DNA of 64,000 bases from a virus. Lineage: Duplodnaviria; Caudoviricetes. The translations under genes and the position numbers were made by a program. Shown piece after piece: positions 1 to 10,103 of the stretch (its first letter is position 1; every line of letters starts with the position of its first letter). The stretch lies in IMG/VR virus record IMGVR_UViG_3300032234_000388, positions 96,001 through 160,000 of that record; one strand, written 5' to 3'. The notes below the pieces were generated by a model. That model ran no database searches, had not been told where the DNA came from, and saw only the letters and a list, made by a program, of their open reading frames with translations.

Positions 1-207
1 GAATATGCGCCTACTGAAAAAATTTTTCCCGAACCAGGAAAGTTAGTTATTTTTCCTAGCTGGATGTTTCACTACGCTGCTCCTCATGTAGACAACTTTG
101 ATCGATATATTATTAGTTTTAATTCCCTACCTTCTGGGTCTATAAACTATAATATAGCAACTGATTCTGTATCAGATATTTCAATAAATTCTAGAGAAAA
201 AATATAA
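1..207 (+). CDS. Partial (3' end) Fe(II)/2OG oxygenase, TIGR02466-like
   Basis: Hand translation of frame 1 gives ..PEPGKLVIFPSWMFHYAAPH..RYIISFN..; stop TAA overlaps the next ATG (TAATG at 205-209). Confidence 0.7.
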   Translation, partial: EYAPTEKIFPEPGKLVIFPSWMFHYAAPHVDNFDRYIISFNSLPSGSINYNIATDSVSDISINSREKI

Positions 208-1703
208 TGGTAAACTCAATATGTATAGTTGGGGGAGGCAACTCAGGATTAATGACTGCCCTTTGGTTAAAAAAACTATTTCCCTACATGTCTGTCTCAC
301 TGATAAAATCTAAAAACATCGGAACTATCGGAGTTGGTGAAGGAAGCACAGAACACTGGACTGTGTTTTCACAAACTGTAGGAATTAATATTTCTGAGCT
401 GATAAACGAATGCGGAGCCACTATCAAGGTTGGAATTAAATTTGAAAACTGGCACGGAGATAATACAAGTTATTTTCACAGTGTTCCTGAATTTCTAGCA
501 ACCATGGACCCGATGACTGGCGCCGCTACTAGTATGATGAGGCTAATAGGAGACAATATTAGTAGTGAAAAATTAGTCTGGGAGTTGCCTATGCAAGGAT
601 ACGTAAAACATCCTCTCAGTAATTATTATCAGTTTCACTTTGATAGTGAAAAATTAAATGCGTTCTTAGAAAAAAAATGTATAGCAGACGGTGTATCAGT
701 AATAGATACTGAAATTACAGATGTAAAATTAGATCAAAACGGATTTATTGATTCTATTATTGATAATCAAACTCGATCTTATTCAGCAGATCTCTTTATC
801 GACAGCAGCGGATTTAAAAGAGTGCTGTCATCTAAGCTAGGTGCTGAATGGGTTGATTGGTCTAAGTATCTACCTATGAACAGTGCTATTGCGTTCCAGA
901 CTCCATACGAAGAACAACTTCCACCATATACTCTTGCACGAGCAATGAATAGCGGCTGGAACTGGAGAAGCCCGGTACAAGAACGATTTGGTAATGGGTA
1001 TGTTTTTAGCGATCACTTTATTAACGAAACTCAAGCATTAGACGAAATACAAAAATATTTTAAAGAGCCAATTAATATTGGTCGAAAAATAAACTTTGTA
1101 TCTGGAAAAGTCAATAAGGCATGGATCAAGAATTGTATATCAATTGGTCTTAGTAGTAATTTTGTTGAGCCGTTAGAAGCCAGCAGCATTGCTACTACAG
1201 TAAAGCAACTACAGATGTTATTGGGTACAATATGGAATTGGTCTAAGAGCGATACCGGTACTGTTAAAAGATACAATATGTTATTTGATGACATGATGAC
1301 AAACGTTTTAGATTTTATACAATTGCATTATTTTACACAACGCAACGACACTGAGTTTTGGCGGTGGTGTAAAAATGAAATTACTATGACTGACTTTAAT
1401 AAAGAAAACTTAGAAGTATTTAAAACTAACTTTGTTAATCAAATGCTTTTACCAGAAGATGGCATTACAGGTAATTTTAGAATCTATGATTGCTTAAATT
1501 GGATACAAGTCATGCATGGATTAAGAATGTTTGATACTGCTAAAATTAAAGAAATTTATGACAAACATTTTAGTCATCTTAGACAAATAGACGAACAATA
1601 TGCGTCTCAGGCAGATCAAGAGTTGACAGATCAATGGGTAACTTGTAGAGACGCAATTAACTTTGTTAAGAGCTTCAATACTCGGGTAGAATATAAATTA
1701 TGA
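207..1703 (+). CDS. Flavin-dependent tryptophan-halogenase-like protein 1 (PrnA/RebH family)
   Basis: GGGNSG FAD motif, GVGEGS, ATIKVGIKF (catalytic Lys position), GWNWRSP, FVEPLEASS. Confidence 0.9.
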   Translation: MVNSICIVGGGNSGLMTALWLKKLFPYMSVSLIKSKNIGTIGVGEGSTEHWTVFSQTVGINISELINECGATIKVGIKFENWHGDNTSYFHSVPEFLATMDPMTGAATSMMRLIGDNISSEKLVWELPMQGYVKHPLSNYYQFHFDSEKLNAFLEKKCIADGVSVIDTEITDVKLDQNGFIDSIIDNQTRSYSADLFIDSSGFKRVLSSKLGAEWVDWSKYLPMNSAIAFQTPYEEQLPPYTLARAMNSGWNWRSPVQERFGNGYVFSDHFINETQALDEIQKYFKEPINIGRKINFVSGKVNKAWIKNCISIGLSSNFVEPLEASSIATTVKQLQMLLGTIWNWSKSDTGTVKRYNMLFDDMMTNVLDFIQLHYFTQRNDTEFWRWCKNEITMTDFNKENLEVFKTNFVNQMLLPEDGITGNFRIYDCLNWIQVMHGLRMFDTAKIKEIYDKHFSHLRQIDEQYASQADQELTDQWVTCRDAINFVKSFNTRVEYKL

Positions 1704-3205
1704 TAACCTCAATATGTATAGTTGGCGGTGGCACTAGCGGGTGTGTTGCTGCTCTAATGATTAAAGAAGCCTATCCTAATATGAATATAACTCTAATAGA
1801 GTCTAGTCAAATTGGTATTATTGGGGTAGGCGAAGGCAGCACAGAGCATTGGAAAAAATTTATAGAACATGTTGGAATTACTGTTCCAGAATTAGTTAGA
1901 GAAGCTGGTGCAACATTTAAAGTAGGAATTAAATTTACCAATTGGCACGGCGACGGCACACACTATTTTCACAGTCTTAGTGAGCAGTACGGAAGTCACT
2001 CTGTAAAATCAGGATTGCCAACTACATGGATGCGAATGATTGCAGAAAATTGGGACCCGTTAAACACTGCATGGGGTCTATCAATAAACAGCCGTCATGT
2101 GGAGCCTTTACATAACATATTAGCTCAATATCACTTTGACACATTTAAACTTAATGAATTTTTACATAAGAAATGTCGTGAAAGAAATATATCTATAATC
2201 GATACTGAGATAGTAGATGTTAAATTAGACGATCAAGGCAATGTTTTAGATTTGATTGATGTAGAATTAAAATCCCATAAACATGATTTTTATATTGACT
2301 GTAGCGGATTTAAAAGAATAATTGGAAGTAAGCTAGGCGCAGAGTGGATTGATTGTCAACATCATTTGCCTATGAATTCTGCATTGGCATTTCCAACTGA
2401 ATACACTGAAGAAATTCCGTCCTATACAGAAGCCACCGCATTAAGTAGCGGGTGGGCGTGGCGTATTCCTACTCAAGAACGCTATGGCAACGGGTATGTA
2501 TTTTGCGACAACTTTATTGACGAAACCAAAGCCTACGACGAAGTACAAAAACATTATAAAGAAGTTTTAAAGATTGAAAAGCCAATAGAGATTGGAAGAA
2601 AAATTAAATTTGGTGCCGGGTATGTTAAAGAATTTTGGTTGAAAAACTGTGTAATGGTTGGCCTAAGCGGAATATTTGTTGAGCCGCTGGAGGCTAGTAG
2701 TATAGGAACTACTATTCAACAGTGTTTTAGATTGCTGCCAAGTTTGGCATTTTATAATAAAAACGAAACTATTACTTCATCAAAGTATAATCGAGATATG
2801 AAAATAGTCAGCGAAAATATTGTAGATTTTATACAACTTCATTATATAACACAACGTCAAGACAGTAAATTCTGGCAGTGGTGTAAAAATGAACTAACTT
2901 TAACAGACTTTAACAATCAGTATCTTGATACATTTAAAGAAAGTTTTCCAAATATTCATTATTTTAATCACCCGTTGCAATTATTTTCTTATTTAAACTT
3001 TACCCAAGTTATGCACGGCCTCCGTCTTTTTAATATTGAAAAAATTAAAAAAATATACGATACACATTTTAGTCACTATACTGACGCTTCAGATAGACTT
3101 ATAAAAGAAAACAACGAATACTGCACTCAACTGCAGACCTATAGTCACAGAGAAGCGTTGAATATGCTAAAGGAACGCGGCCTTGAAGTCAAATACCATT
3201 TCTAA
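1700..3205 (+). CDS. Tryptophan-halogenase-like protein 2
   Basis: GGGTSG, ATFKVGIKFTNW, GWAWRIP, FVEPLEASS; closest paralogue of protein 1. Confidence 0.9.
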   Translation: MITSICIVGGGTSGCVAALMIKEAYPNMNITLIESSQIGIIGVGEGSTEHWKKFIEHVGITVPELVREAGATFKVGIKFTNWHGDGTHYFHSLSEQYGSHSVKSGLPTTWMRMIAENWDPLNTAWGLSINSRHVEPLHNILAQYHFDTFKLNEFLHKKCRERNISIIDTEIVDVKLDDQGNVLDLIDVELKSHKHDFYIDCSGFKRIIGSKLGAEWIDCQHHLPMNSALAFPTEYTEEIPSYTEATALSSGWAWRIPTQERYGNGYVFCDNFIDETKAYDEVQKHYKEVLKIEKPIEIGRKIKFGAGYVKEFWLKNCVMVGLSGIFVEPLEASSIGTTIQQCFRLLPSLAFYNKNETITSSKYNRDMKIVSENIVDFIQLHYITQRQDSKFWQWCKNELTLTDFNNQYLDTFKESFPNIHYFNHPLQLFSYLNFTQVMHGLRLFNIEKIKKIYDTHFSHYTDASDRLIKENNEYCTQLQTYSHREALNMLKERGLEVKYHF

Positions 3206-4694
3206 AATAGTTATAATCGGAGGAGGAAGTGCAGGTTGGATGACTGCAGCCACTCTAATTTCTTCTTTCCCTGACAAAAATATAACGCTTATTGAAGCTC
3301 CTAATATTCCAATTATAGGAGTTGGCGAAAGTACTACAAATTATATGAGAGAGTGGACCAGCTCTATAGGCCTAAAAGACGAAGACTGGATGCCAGAATG
3401 CGATGCAACGTATAAATTTGGTCTAAAGTTTGTAGACTTTGCAGAAGATGAATTTTATTACCCATTTGGTCAACGGGCCGAATCTACGTGTAATCTAGCA
3501 CACTGGTTTACATATGCCGAGGCAAATAAAATTTCAAACGGCGATTTTGGAAAAGTCTTTTACGATCAACTTCCGGCTATGGAACAGAATCGAATTCCCA
3601 ACAACTTTATTGAGAACGAATCAGGATACCATTTCGATGCTGTTAAGTTTGCAACTTTTCTTAAAGAAAAGTTTGCCAAGCCCAAAGGTGTTATTCATAA
3701 ACAACAAAAAGTCATAGATGTTGTACAGGATGACACTGGAATAAAATCAATAAAATTAGATAGTGGAGAAACTGTAGATGCAGATATCTATTTTGACTGC
3801 ACTGGGTTTTTGGGATTGCTAATCGATAAAACTCTTAAAACTCCGTGGATTAGTTTTCAAGACAAACTTTGTAATAATCGAACTTGGGCTGCAAGAATAC
3901 CATATTCAAACAAAGAAGAACAATTAAAGCCCTACACTACATGCACTGCACTAAGTAGCGGTTGGGTGTGGAATGTTCCGTTATGGAACAGAATCGGAAC
4001 AGGTTATAACTATTGCGATAAATTTATATCTCCAAAGGATGCATTATTAGAATTTAAAACTCACCTAGGAACAATTAGTGAAAATATAGAATTTAGAGAT
4101 ATTAGTTGGCCTACTGGTGTTAGAGAAAAAGTATGGAATAAAAATGTTGTTGCTATTGGCCTAAGTGGTGGGTTTATTGAACCGCTAGAATCTGGCGGAC
4201 TGTATAGTGTACACGAATTTTTAAATGCTTTTTTAGATGTAACAGAAGGGCATAATCGTTGGGACGGTGTTGCCAGAGATAGCTTTAATTGGAAGTGTCG
4301 AGATATTTTTACAAAATTTGCAGACTTTGTAGAATTACATTATACAATGTCTAGAAGAGATGATTCCAACTATTGGAAATGGTACACAAGTAAAGAAAAC
4401 GTTATTGATAATAATTCTATATTAAAACAATTGTTTGATTATCAACATCATAGTCCGTATAGTGTATCAGAATTAAACAACATGTGGTTTGGGTTATCGA
4501 TGTTAGTTGGCGGTTATAAGTATTCTCTTAGAAATCAAAGAAAATTAAAATACTTCACTGAAAAATTTTCAGAATTTAAATTAGCTGATGACATAATAGC
4601 TCGGATACAAACTAGATTAAAAAATTCAGATTTACCCCAAACGCACTATTTGAAAAATATTGATTTTTATGAACATACCTTATACAAAAAATAA
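3183..4694 (+). CDS. Tryptophan-halogenase-like protein 3
   Basis: GGGSAG, ATYKFGLKF, GWVWNVP, FIEPLESGG. Confidence 0.9.
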   Translation: MKSNTISKIVIIGGGSAGWMTAATLISSFPDKNITLIEAPNIPIIGVGESTTNYMREWTSSIGLKDEDWMPECDATYKFGLKFVDFAEDEFYYPFGQRAESTCNLAHWFTYAEANKISNGDFGKVFYDQLPAMEQNRIPNNFIENESGYHFDAVKFATFLKEKFAKPKGVIHKQQKVIDVVQDDTGIKSIKLDSGETVDADIYFDCTGFLGLLIDKTLKTPWISFQDKLCNNRTWAARIPYSNKEEQLKPYTTCTALSSGWVWNVPLWNRIGTGYNYCDKFISPKDALLEFKTHLGTISENIEFRDISWPTGVREKVWNKNVVAIGLSGGFIEPLESGGLYSVHEFLNAFLDVTEGHNRWDGVARDSFNWKCRDIFTKFADFVELHYTMSRRDDSNYWKWYTSKENVIDNNSILKQLFDYQHHSPYSVSELNNMWFGLSMLVGGYKYSLRNQRKLKYFTEKFSEFKLADDIIARIQTRLKNSDLPQTHYLKNIDFYEHTLYKK

Positions 4695-6216
4695 ATTGGT
4701 TATTGTTGGAGGGGGTAGTGCAGGATGGATGACTGCCTTATATCTAAAGAAACTGCACCCAACATGCGAAATATCAGTCGTAGAAGACCCTGATCGTCCA
4801 CCAATTATTGCTGGCGAAAGTGGTACAATAACCTTTGTTTCTTTTCTTAAAAGTTTGGGAATAGGAATCGACGACTTTGTTCGGCATACCAATGCTACTC
4901 CAAAATTAGGAGGTCGATTTAAAAATTGGAACGGAGTTGGACACGAATTTATTCACGCACTTCAAACAGATATTACTCCATGGCTTGATGAAGTTGACAA
5001 TGACCTAACATCTTTTAGTCAAACAATCGCTGGATTGAATAGAGAACACACGTCTGACAATTATGTTTCAACAATAATAGCCAACGACATACCGTTATCA
5101 AAAGCATTTTATGCTTATCAATTTATTGATCAAAATAAAGTTCCGTTTGGAGGAGACGCTGATTCGTTATCTATTGCTCCAATGTGGCACTTTGAAAGCA
5201 GGGCTGCTGCTGCGTATTTAAAAAATATAGGAATATCTAGAAATATAAAACTAATAGAAGGCAAATACAAATTTTCTAATCAATCGACCTCAGGCGATAT
5301 TTTATCTGTAGTATTAGAAGATGACACAATTGTTGCAGGCGACTGGTTTTTTGACTGCTCTGGATTTGCACGATTATTGCTAGGCGGTGTTTTAAACGAA
5401 CCGTTAATTGACTACTCCAATTTTTTTCCTGCTAGGGCTGTGGTTGCCTGGTGGGACAAAGCTGAACCTTCAGTAACTTCAAATGCTAATGCTATGGAAT
5501 ATGGGTGGTCTTGGAATATAAATCTTAGACATCGATCTGGCAACGGATACATTTACGATCCCGACCACATCAACTTGGACCAAGCTGTGTTAGAAGCAGA
5601 AAAATTTTATGGATATAAAATTGATCCTATTGCTAATTTTAGTTTTACACCGGGTATTATGAAAAATACTTGGAAAAACAATGTTATTGCTGTCGGGTTG
5701 AGCGGTGGTTTTTTAGAACCATTAGAGGCCAATGGGGTGCAAGTTATCATTGATACACTATGGGCAATAGAAGATTTATGGAAGCCAACCATTCAATCTA
5801 ATTTTAAACAACGTCAGGATCTTTTTAATCTACGAGTATTTGCAAATACCGAGGATATACGAGATTTTATATCATTGCATTATAGAGGAAAGCGCAGAGA
5901 TACAGAGTTTTGGAAAAGTCATGCTTATGATAAATTTAGAATACCAACATCACTCAATGACAAACTAGACCAATGGGGCAAGTACTATGCTGGAGAAGCA
6001 TGGGCATTTCCAAGATCAAACGGGTATTCACCAACTGCATGGTTAATGGTTTTGCAAGCACTTGATATATTTGATACTGCTCCGTTAAAGGCTCGCAAAT
6101 CTCAATTGCTAGCTATCGGAAAAACAGCACTAAATAACAACTATAACAGATACAGAGATTATGCTAACTCTTGTTTAACCATAGAAGACTGGTTAAAAAA
6201 CAGCATAAATACATAA
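4660..6216 (+). CDS. Tryptophan-halogenase-like protein 4 (start possibly ATG 4669)
   Basis: GGGSAG, ATPKLGGRF, GWSWNIN, FLEPLEANG. Confidence 0.88.
   Translation: MIFMNIPYTKNKLVIVGGGSAGWMTALYLKKLHPTCEISVVEDPDRPPIIAGESGTITFVSFLKSLGIGIDDFVRHTNATPKLGGRFKNWNGVGHEFIHALQTDITPWLDEVDNDLTSFSQTIAGLNREHTSDNYVSTIIANDIPLSKAFYAYQFIDQNKVPFGGDADSLSIAPMWHFESRAAAAYLKNIGISRNIKLIEGKYKFSNQSTSGDILSVVLEDDTIVAGDWFFDCSGFARLLLGGVLNEPLIDYSNFFPARAVVAWWDKAEPSVTSNANAMEYGWSWNINLRHRSGNGYIYDPDHINLDQAVLEAEKFYGYKIDPIANFSFTPGIMKNTWKNNVIAVGLSGGFLEPLEANGVQVIIDTLWAIEDLWKPTIQSNFKQRQDLFNLRVFANTEDIRDFISLHYRGKRRDTEFWKSHAYDKFRIPTSLNDKLDQWGKYYAGEAWAFPRSNGYSPTAWLMVLQALDIFDTAPLKARKSQLLAIGKTALNNNYNRYRDYANSCLTIEDWLKNSINT
6204..6211 (+). 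promoter_or_regulatory. T4-type late promoter CATAAATA
   Basis: Near match to T4 late consensus TATAAATA, followed by SD AAGGAG and ATG 6232. Confidence 0.65.
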
Positions 6217-6231
6217 TAAAGGAGTTTTATA

Positions 6232-6402
6232 ATGGCAACTTGGAAAATGATTTTACGCAAAGCTGAACCACCCGGAACTTTAGCTGTTGAGGCTGATTTT
6301 TGCGAAGCAGAAAAAAAGGAAGAAGCGGCTAAAATTTTTGAAGAAAGACACGGTGTTGGACGAGTAGTAGCAGGTCCAATGTTAGTTGAGCAACCTAATT
6401 AA
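6232..6402 (+). CDS. Small 56-aa hypothetical late protein (absent from ORF track)
   Basis: MATWKMILRKAEPPGTLAVEADFCEAEKKEEAAKIFEERHGVGRVVAGPMLVEQPN; strong SD and late box; fills the gap between convergent operons. Confidence 0.75.
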   Translation: MATWKMILRKAEPPGTLAVEADFCEAEKKEEAAKIFEERHGVGRVVAGPMLVEQPN

Positions 6403-7037
6403 TTTTGATTGGAATTTTTTATTAACGATTCCATAGCAGCAATACGTTTTATTTCGCCCTGAACTTCAGGCCTAGCCCAGTCAAAACCTAGGCCTAGTTT
6501 TGGCTTAGAATCCCACTTTAACCAAGCATCAGGTCCGTTAGCATCCACATACTGTAAAAATGCTTGTATTTGTTTAGTTCCTTGAAACGGATCTCTCCAA
6601 TGCATATTCTTTCTGCCACTGTATATTACTAGATCTCCAACATTTAAAAAAATCTCGTGTATCTGTTTATCAGTACCTTGAATTTTTAAAGGCCAATTTG
6701 TATCGTCGTGTGTTATGCACACCGAAATTGTAATTTCACTACTGGGCCTGTCAACGTGTTTTTGTAATTCTGATCCGGTATAGTAAATTCGAGCAAACGA
6801 ATAAGACGGCCACAATTTCATTCCAACTGCTTCTTCAACTAATGGCAATAGTTTAACGCTTAGGGCTTCGAACATCAGAGGCGCATAGCGGGCAAAACTG
6901 TTTTTGCAAAAATCCGATAGGTCCGATTCTGGATATAGTGTTTTGCAAACATCTTCCATCATGTTAAATTCTAATGCTAGAAACTCACAAAGTTCTTGAG
7001 AAACTGCATTTCTAATAATTTTAAAATCTTCGTTCAT
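6399..7037 (-). CDS. Fe(II)/2OG oxygenase (prolyl-hydroxylase-like phage family)
   Basis: HVD...HWR facial triad; RIYxxGxxLxKH motif. Confidence 0.8.
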   Translation of the reverse strand: MNEDFKIIRNAVSQELCEFLALEFNMMEDVCKTLYPESDLSDFCKNSFARYAPLMFEALSVKLLPLVEEAVGMKLWPSYSFARIYYTGSELQKHVDRPSSEITISVCITHDDTNWPLKIQGTDKQIHEIFLNVGDLVIYSGRKNMHWRDPFQGTKQIQAFLQYVDANGPDAWLKWDSKPKLGLGFDWARPEVQGEIKRIAAMESLIKNSNQN

Positions 7038-7600
7038 AATAAGGGCATCAGTGATAAGTTAGCGAATGGGCGTTCTGTATATTCTAAAATTAATTTGTGT
7101 TCTGGAAGACAATGCACATCAAACCCAATTGTAGTTCTATATCCCTCAAACGGTTCTAAAACTTCAACTTTGTGTCGTCTATTTCCAGGACCAAAATAAA
7201 TTTGACCTGTTTTATTTTCTATACTGTAGTTGTCAAACACAGTGTTTGTCTTTTTTGAATCAATACAAATATACCCGTGATAGTCATATGTATGCGTATG
7301 CCAATCTAGCACGCTATCTGCAGTATGATAATTTAACCATGCTTCAAACCATAGAGGTCGAGTGTCACCAAGTTGATTTCTAATTACATTTCTCATTTCT
7401 TTATAAATTTCATAAAATGAAGAGCATGGCGCAGTTAGTGCAAAAATATTGTAGCGATCATACGACCAGGTTGAGTCGGCATTAGGAATTGATGCAAACA
7501 TTCGATTAAAAAGTCGATGTGCTTCGTTAATGTCCTCAAAAATTGTGTTTTGATTGTTAACAATATAATCCGATTGATGTAAAATATAATCCTTGGTCAT
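7034..7600 (-). CDS. Putative Fe(II)/2OG oxygenase
   Basis: AWLNY..WHTH...RHKV...RTTIGFD double-stranded beta-helix pattern. Confidence 0.65.
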   Translation of the reverse strand: MTKDYILHQSDYIVNNQNTIFEDINEAHRLFNRMFASIPNADSTWSYDRYNIFALTAPCSSFYEIYKEMRNVIRNQLGDTRPLWFEAWLNYHTADSVLDWHTHTYDYHGYICIDSKKTNTVFDNYSIENKTGQIYFGPGNRRHKVEVLEPFEGYRTTIGFDVHCLPEHKLILEYTERPFANLSLMPLL

Positions 7601-8205
7601 AATATAATTTTTTCTAAATTCATATTAATAACGCATCTATATTTAGAGTCTCGAGCAAAACTTGATGAGTGGTAATATTTGCCTGGGAATATTAAAACTT
7701 TTCCTTTTTTTGGTGTGATTCTTTTTTTGATCGTGAATTTGTTTTCTTTGATTCTTAAAACATCATCTTGTCCAGCATCATATGTATCGTTAGTTTCATT
7801 AAAAATCACAGTGTCACCGTCGCTGTCGTTTACATAGTAAATTGCGTTCCAGTGCGGAAAAAAACTATCAATATGAGGCATATGATGTTCTAGTGTAGAA
7901 CTTTTATTAGGCATGGTTAAATTTGCTCTCATTCGTATTAGCCTATTAAAAGATACTCCGGTTTGACTAGTTAAAGTAAGCACCAAAGGATACACTAACT
8001 GAAAAAAGGGACTTTGTGCTTCGCCATGTTCATAAAAGAAATGATTAAAACCTGATAAATTATTTTCTTGTCCAACAAAACATTGATCACCCGATACCAT
8101 ATTAGGATTAAAAAGCCAAGGAAATTCAAAGCTGGTCATTAAATTTAACAAGTGATCTTGATAATCTTTAGGGATTACATTTTCAATCTCAATAATATCA
8201 TCCAT
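7597..8205 (-). CDS. Fe(II)/2OG oxygenase
   Basis: PHID..IYYVNDSDGDT...YHSS..RCVINMN. Confidence 0.8.
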   Translation of the reverse strand: MDDIIEIENVIPKDYQDHLLNLMTSFEFPWLFNPNMVSGDQCFVGQENNLSGFNHFFYEHGEAQSPFFQLVYPLVLTLTSQTGVSFNRLIRMRANLTMPNKSSTLEHHMPHIDSFFPHWNAIYYVNDSDGDTVIFNETNDTYDAGQDDVLRIKENKFTIKKRITPKKGKVLIFPGKYYHSSSFARDSKYRCVINMNLEKIIL

Positions 8206-8825
8206 TATACTGCTCTTCCAAAAAAGTTTAAAGTAAGTCTTGAATTATGTTTGGCATTTCCAAAAAATTTATCAGCACTGTGCCAAACTAGCGGACTGTA
8301 CAAAACACAACGATTAAAAACATTATGAACAGTCATATTTTTTTTAAAAAAAGAACGCTGTTCTTCTTTGTGTTTAGCAAAGTTAACACGATGTTCTGGC
8401 AAACTGGTAAATTCTTGAAATTTATAATCTTGGTAAGAGTTATTTGTTCCTGTTGTATTTGTATACAAAATAGTTCCAGAGTTTGGCGCAGGATTTGTAT
8501 TAAGATATATTAGTCCTGCTACATTGTATTCAGGATCGTCATGATGAATCCAGCCGTCTCCATATGATTCGTCTGCTATTCTAAAACTTGTTTCTAATCT
8601 TTGAAAATGTGTGAACCCTTGCAGGTGTTGAATTAATTTTGAAGCCAATGCATGAAATAGATTTAAATTTATTTCGTTTAACGGACTTGAATACTGTCCA
8701 GGAAACATTGGTGTATCGTCGCTATGAAAATCTTGCTTTAATGCAAAATGTCTCCATAATTCGGGTGCTTCTAAAAAATTATCAATAATTTTTGTAGGAA
8801 TATTATTTGATAGTTGCTTTTTCAT
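8205..8825 (-). CDS. Fe(II)/2OG oxygenase, DUF6445-like
   Basis: IIDNFL..WIHHD..AGLIYL..GT..NRCVLY..WHS..RLT. Confidence 0.75.
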   Translation of the reverse strand: MKKQLSNNIPTKIIDNFLEAPELWRHFALKQDFHSDDTPMFPGQYSSPLNEINLNLFHALASKLIQHLQGFTHFQRLETSFRIADESYGDGWIHHDDPEYNVAGLIYLNTNPAPNSGTILYTNTTGTNNSYQDYKFQEFTSLPEHRVNFAKHKEEQRSFFKKNMTVHNVFNRCVLYSPLVWHSADKFFGNAKHNSRLTLNFFGRAV

Positions 8826-9529
8826 ATTGCTCTTGCAAAAAATACTTGTGTTAATCGAGTATCATTTTTTTCTTTTCCAAAAAATGTATTAGCACTATGC
8901 CATGTTCTCGGATCAAAAATAATACAACGATTAAACACACTTTCAATAGTTGTAGTAGGAGTAAAGTGTGCTCGCTGATCTTTTCTATATTTTGTGTGTT
9001 TTTCTCTTTCTTCGTCAGATGCAACTAAAACATCATTCATAAATATTTCGCTGTATACTTCTCCATTAAAATCAGTTTGATTAGAATATAGAGTTGTACC
9101 TGCACCGACTGGTGCGTCAGGATTTAGATATATTAATCCAGCAACTGTAAAATGCGGATCGTCGTCGTGTACCCATCCTTCGCCGTAGGTTTCGTCTATT
9201 AACTGAAATGTTGTTTGTAGTTCTAAAAATTCACTGTATCCATAATCGTTTAAAACATGCATTAATTTTGATGATAGCAATCTAAATAACTCGCTGTCAA
9301 GGTTTTGTAAAAAATCACTACGAACTCCCGGCCAACTTCCTCGATTACCTTTATAAAATTCTAAATCTAATGCAAAGTCTCTCCATAGTTCTGGATTTTC
9401 ATAAAAGTTATCAATTACAATAGTTGGCAAGTACGGATATAAGAATGCATCTTTTAAATTTTTACTCGCAATAAGATCACGACTTCGTTCGTCCATCTTA
9501 AGTAGTGAGTTAATATAGTCTTTATTCAT
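8822..9529 (-). CDS. Fe(II)/2OG oxygenase, DUF6445-like; paralogue of 8205-8825
   Basis: VIDNFY..WPGVR..WVHDD..AGLIYL..NRCIIF..WHS..RLTQVFF. Confidence 0.75.
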   Translation of the reverse strand: MNKDYINSLLKMDERSRDLIASKNLKDAFLYPYLPTIVIDNFYENPELWRDFALDLEFYKGNRGSWPGVRSDFLQNLDSELFRLLSSKLMHVLNDYGYSEFLELQTTFQLIDETYGEGWVHDDDPHFTVAGLIYLNPDAPVGAGTTLYSNQTDFNGEVYSEIFMNDVLVASDEEREKHTKYRKDQRAHFTPTTTIESVFNRCIIFDPRTWHSANTFFGKEKNDTRLTQVFFARAI

Positions 9530-10103
9530 TTGGTGTTGCTGTAAAATTTATTGTTATAGCGATTCGTTTAGTACACATTTTAGGACACGTACTAGCATGA
9601 TAGTGTTGTCCGTTAAACAACAACACTTTGCCTTTGTCGGGCCTACTTTTATGCATTGGTCGATATTGTTGTGATTTTTCAGTTTCATGAAATATTACAG
9701 TATCGCCGTCTGCATCATTCACATAATATATAGCAGTATAGTGATTGTCCTCGAAGTCCTTGTGAGGCTCGTTGTATTTGTAAGGCATGCTAGGCAATAC
9801 ATATTTGGTGTTTAGTAGGAATCCTGCTCTTACTCTAATTAAACTAGTCATCTTGAGATTTGATTTTTTTAAAATTTCGTCAATTAACGGAGTAAAGAAT
9901 TCTAAATAGGGATTTGAATCATTGTTAGGATGATATATTAAATTGGCAAAACTAGGAGTCGAGTTCTGTGTATCATTGATATAAACGTTGGTAGCATCGT
10001 CTAAAAAATGCCAAGGAAATTTAATATCGGTTAAAAAATTATAAATTTGATTTTGATAATCTTTATCTATAGCATTTAGGATTTCGATTGGTTTAAATGT
10101 CAT
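9522..10103 (-). CDS. Fe(II)/2OG oxygenase; paralogue of 7597-8205
   Basis: PHKD..IYYVNDADGDT..YHAS..RIAITIN; start taken at ATG 10103. Confidence 0.78.
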   Translation of the reverse strand: MTFKPIEILNAIDKDYQNQIYNFLTDIKFPWHFLDDATNVYINDTQNSTPSFANLIYHPNNDSNPYLEFFTPLIDEILKKSNLKMTSLIRVRAGFLLNTKYVLPSMPYKYNEPHKDFEDNHYTAIYYVNDADGDTVIFHETEKSQQYRPMHKSRPDKGKVLLFNGQHYHASTCPKMCTKRIAITINFTATPNE

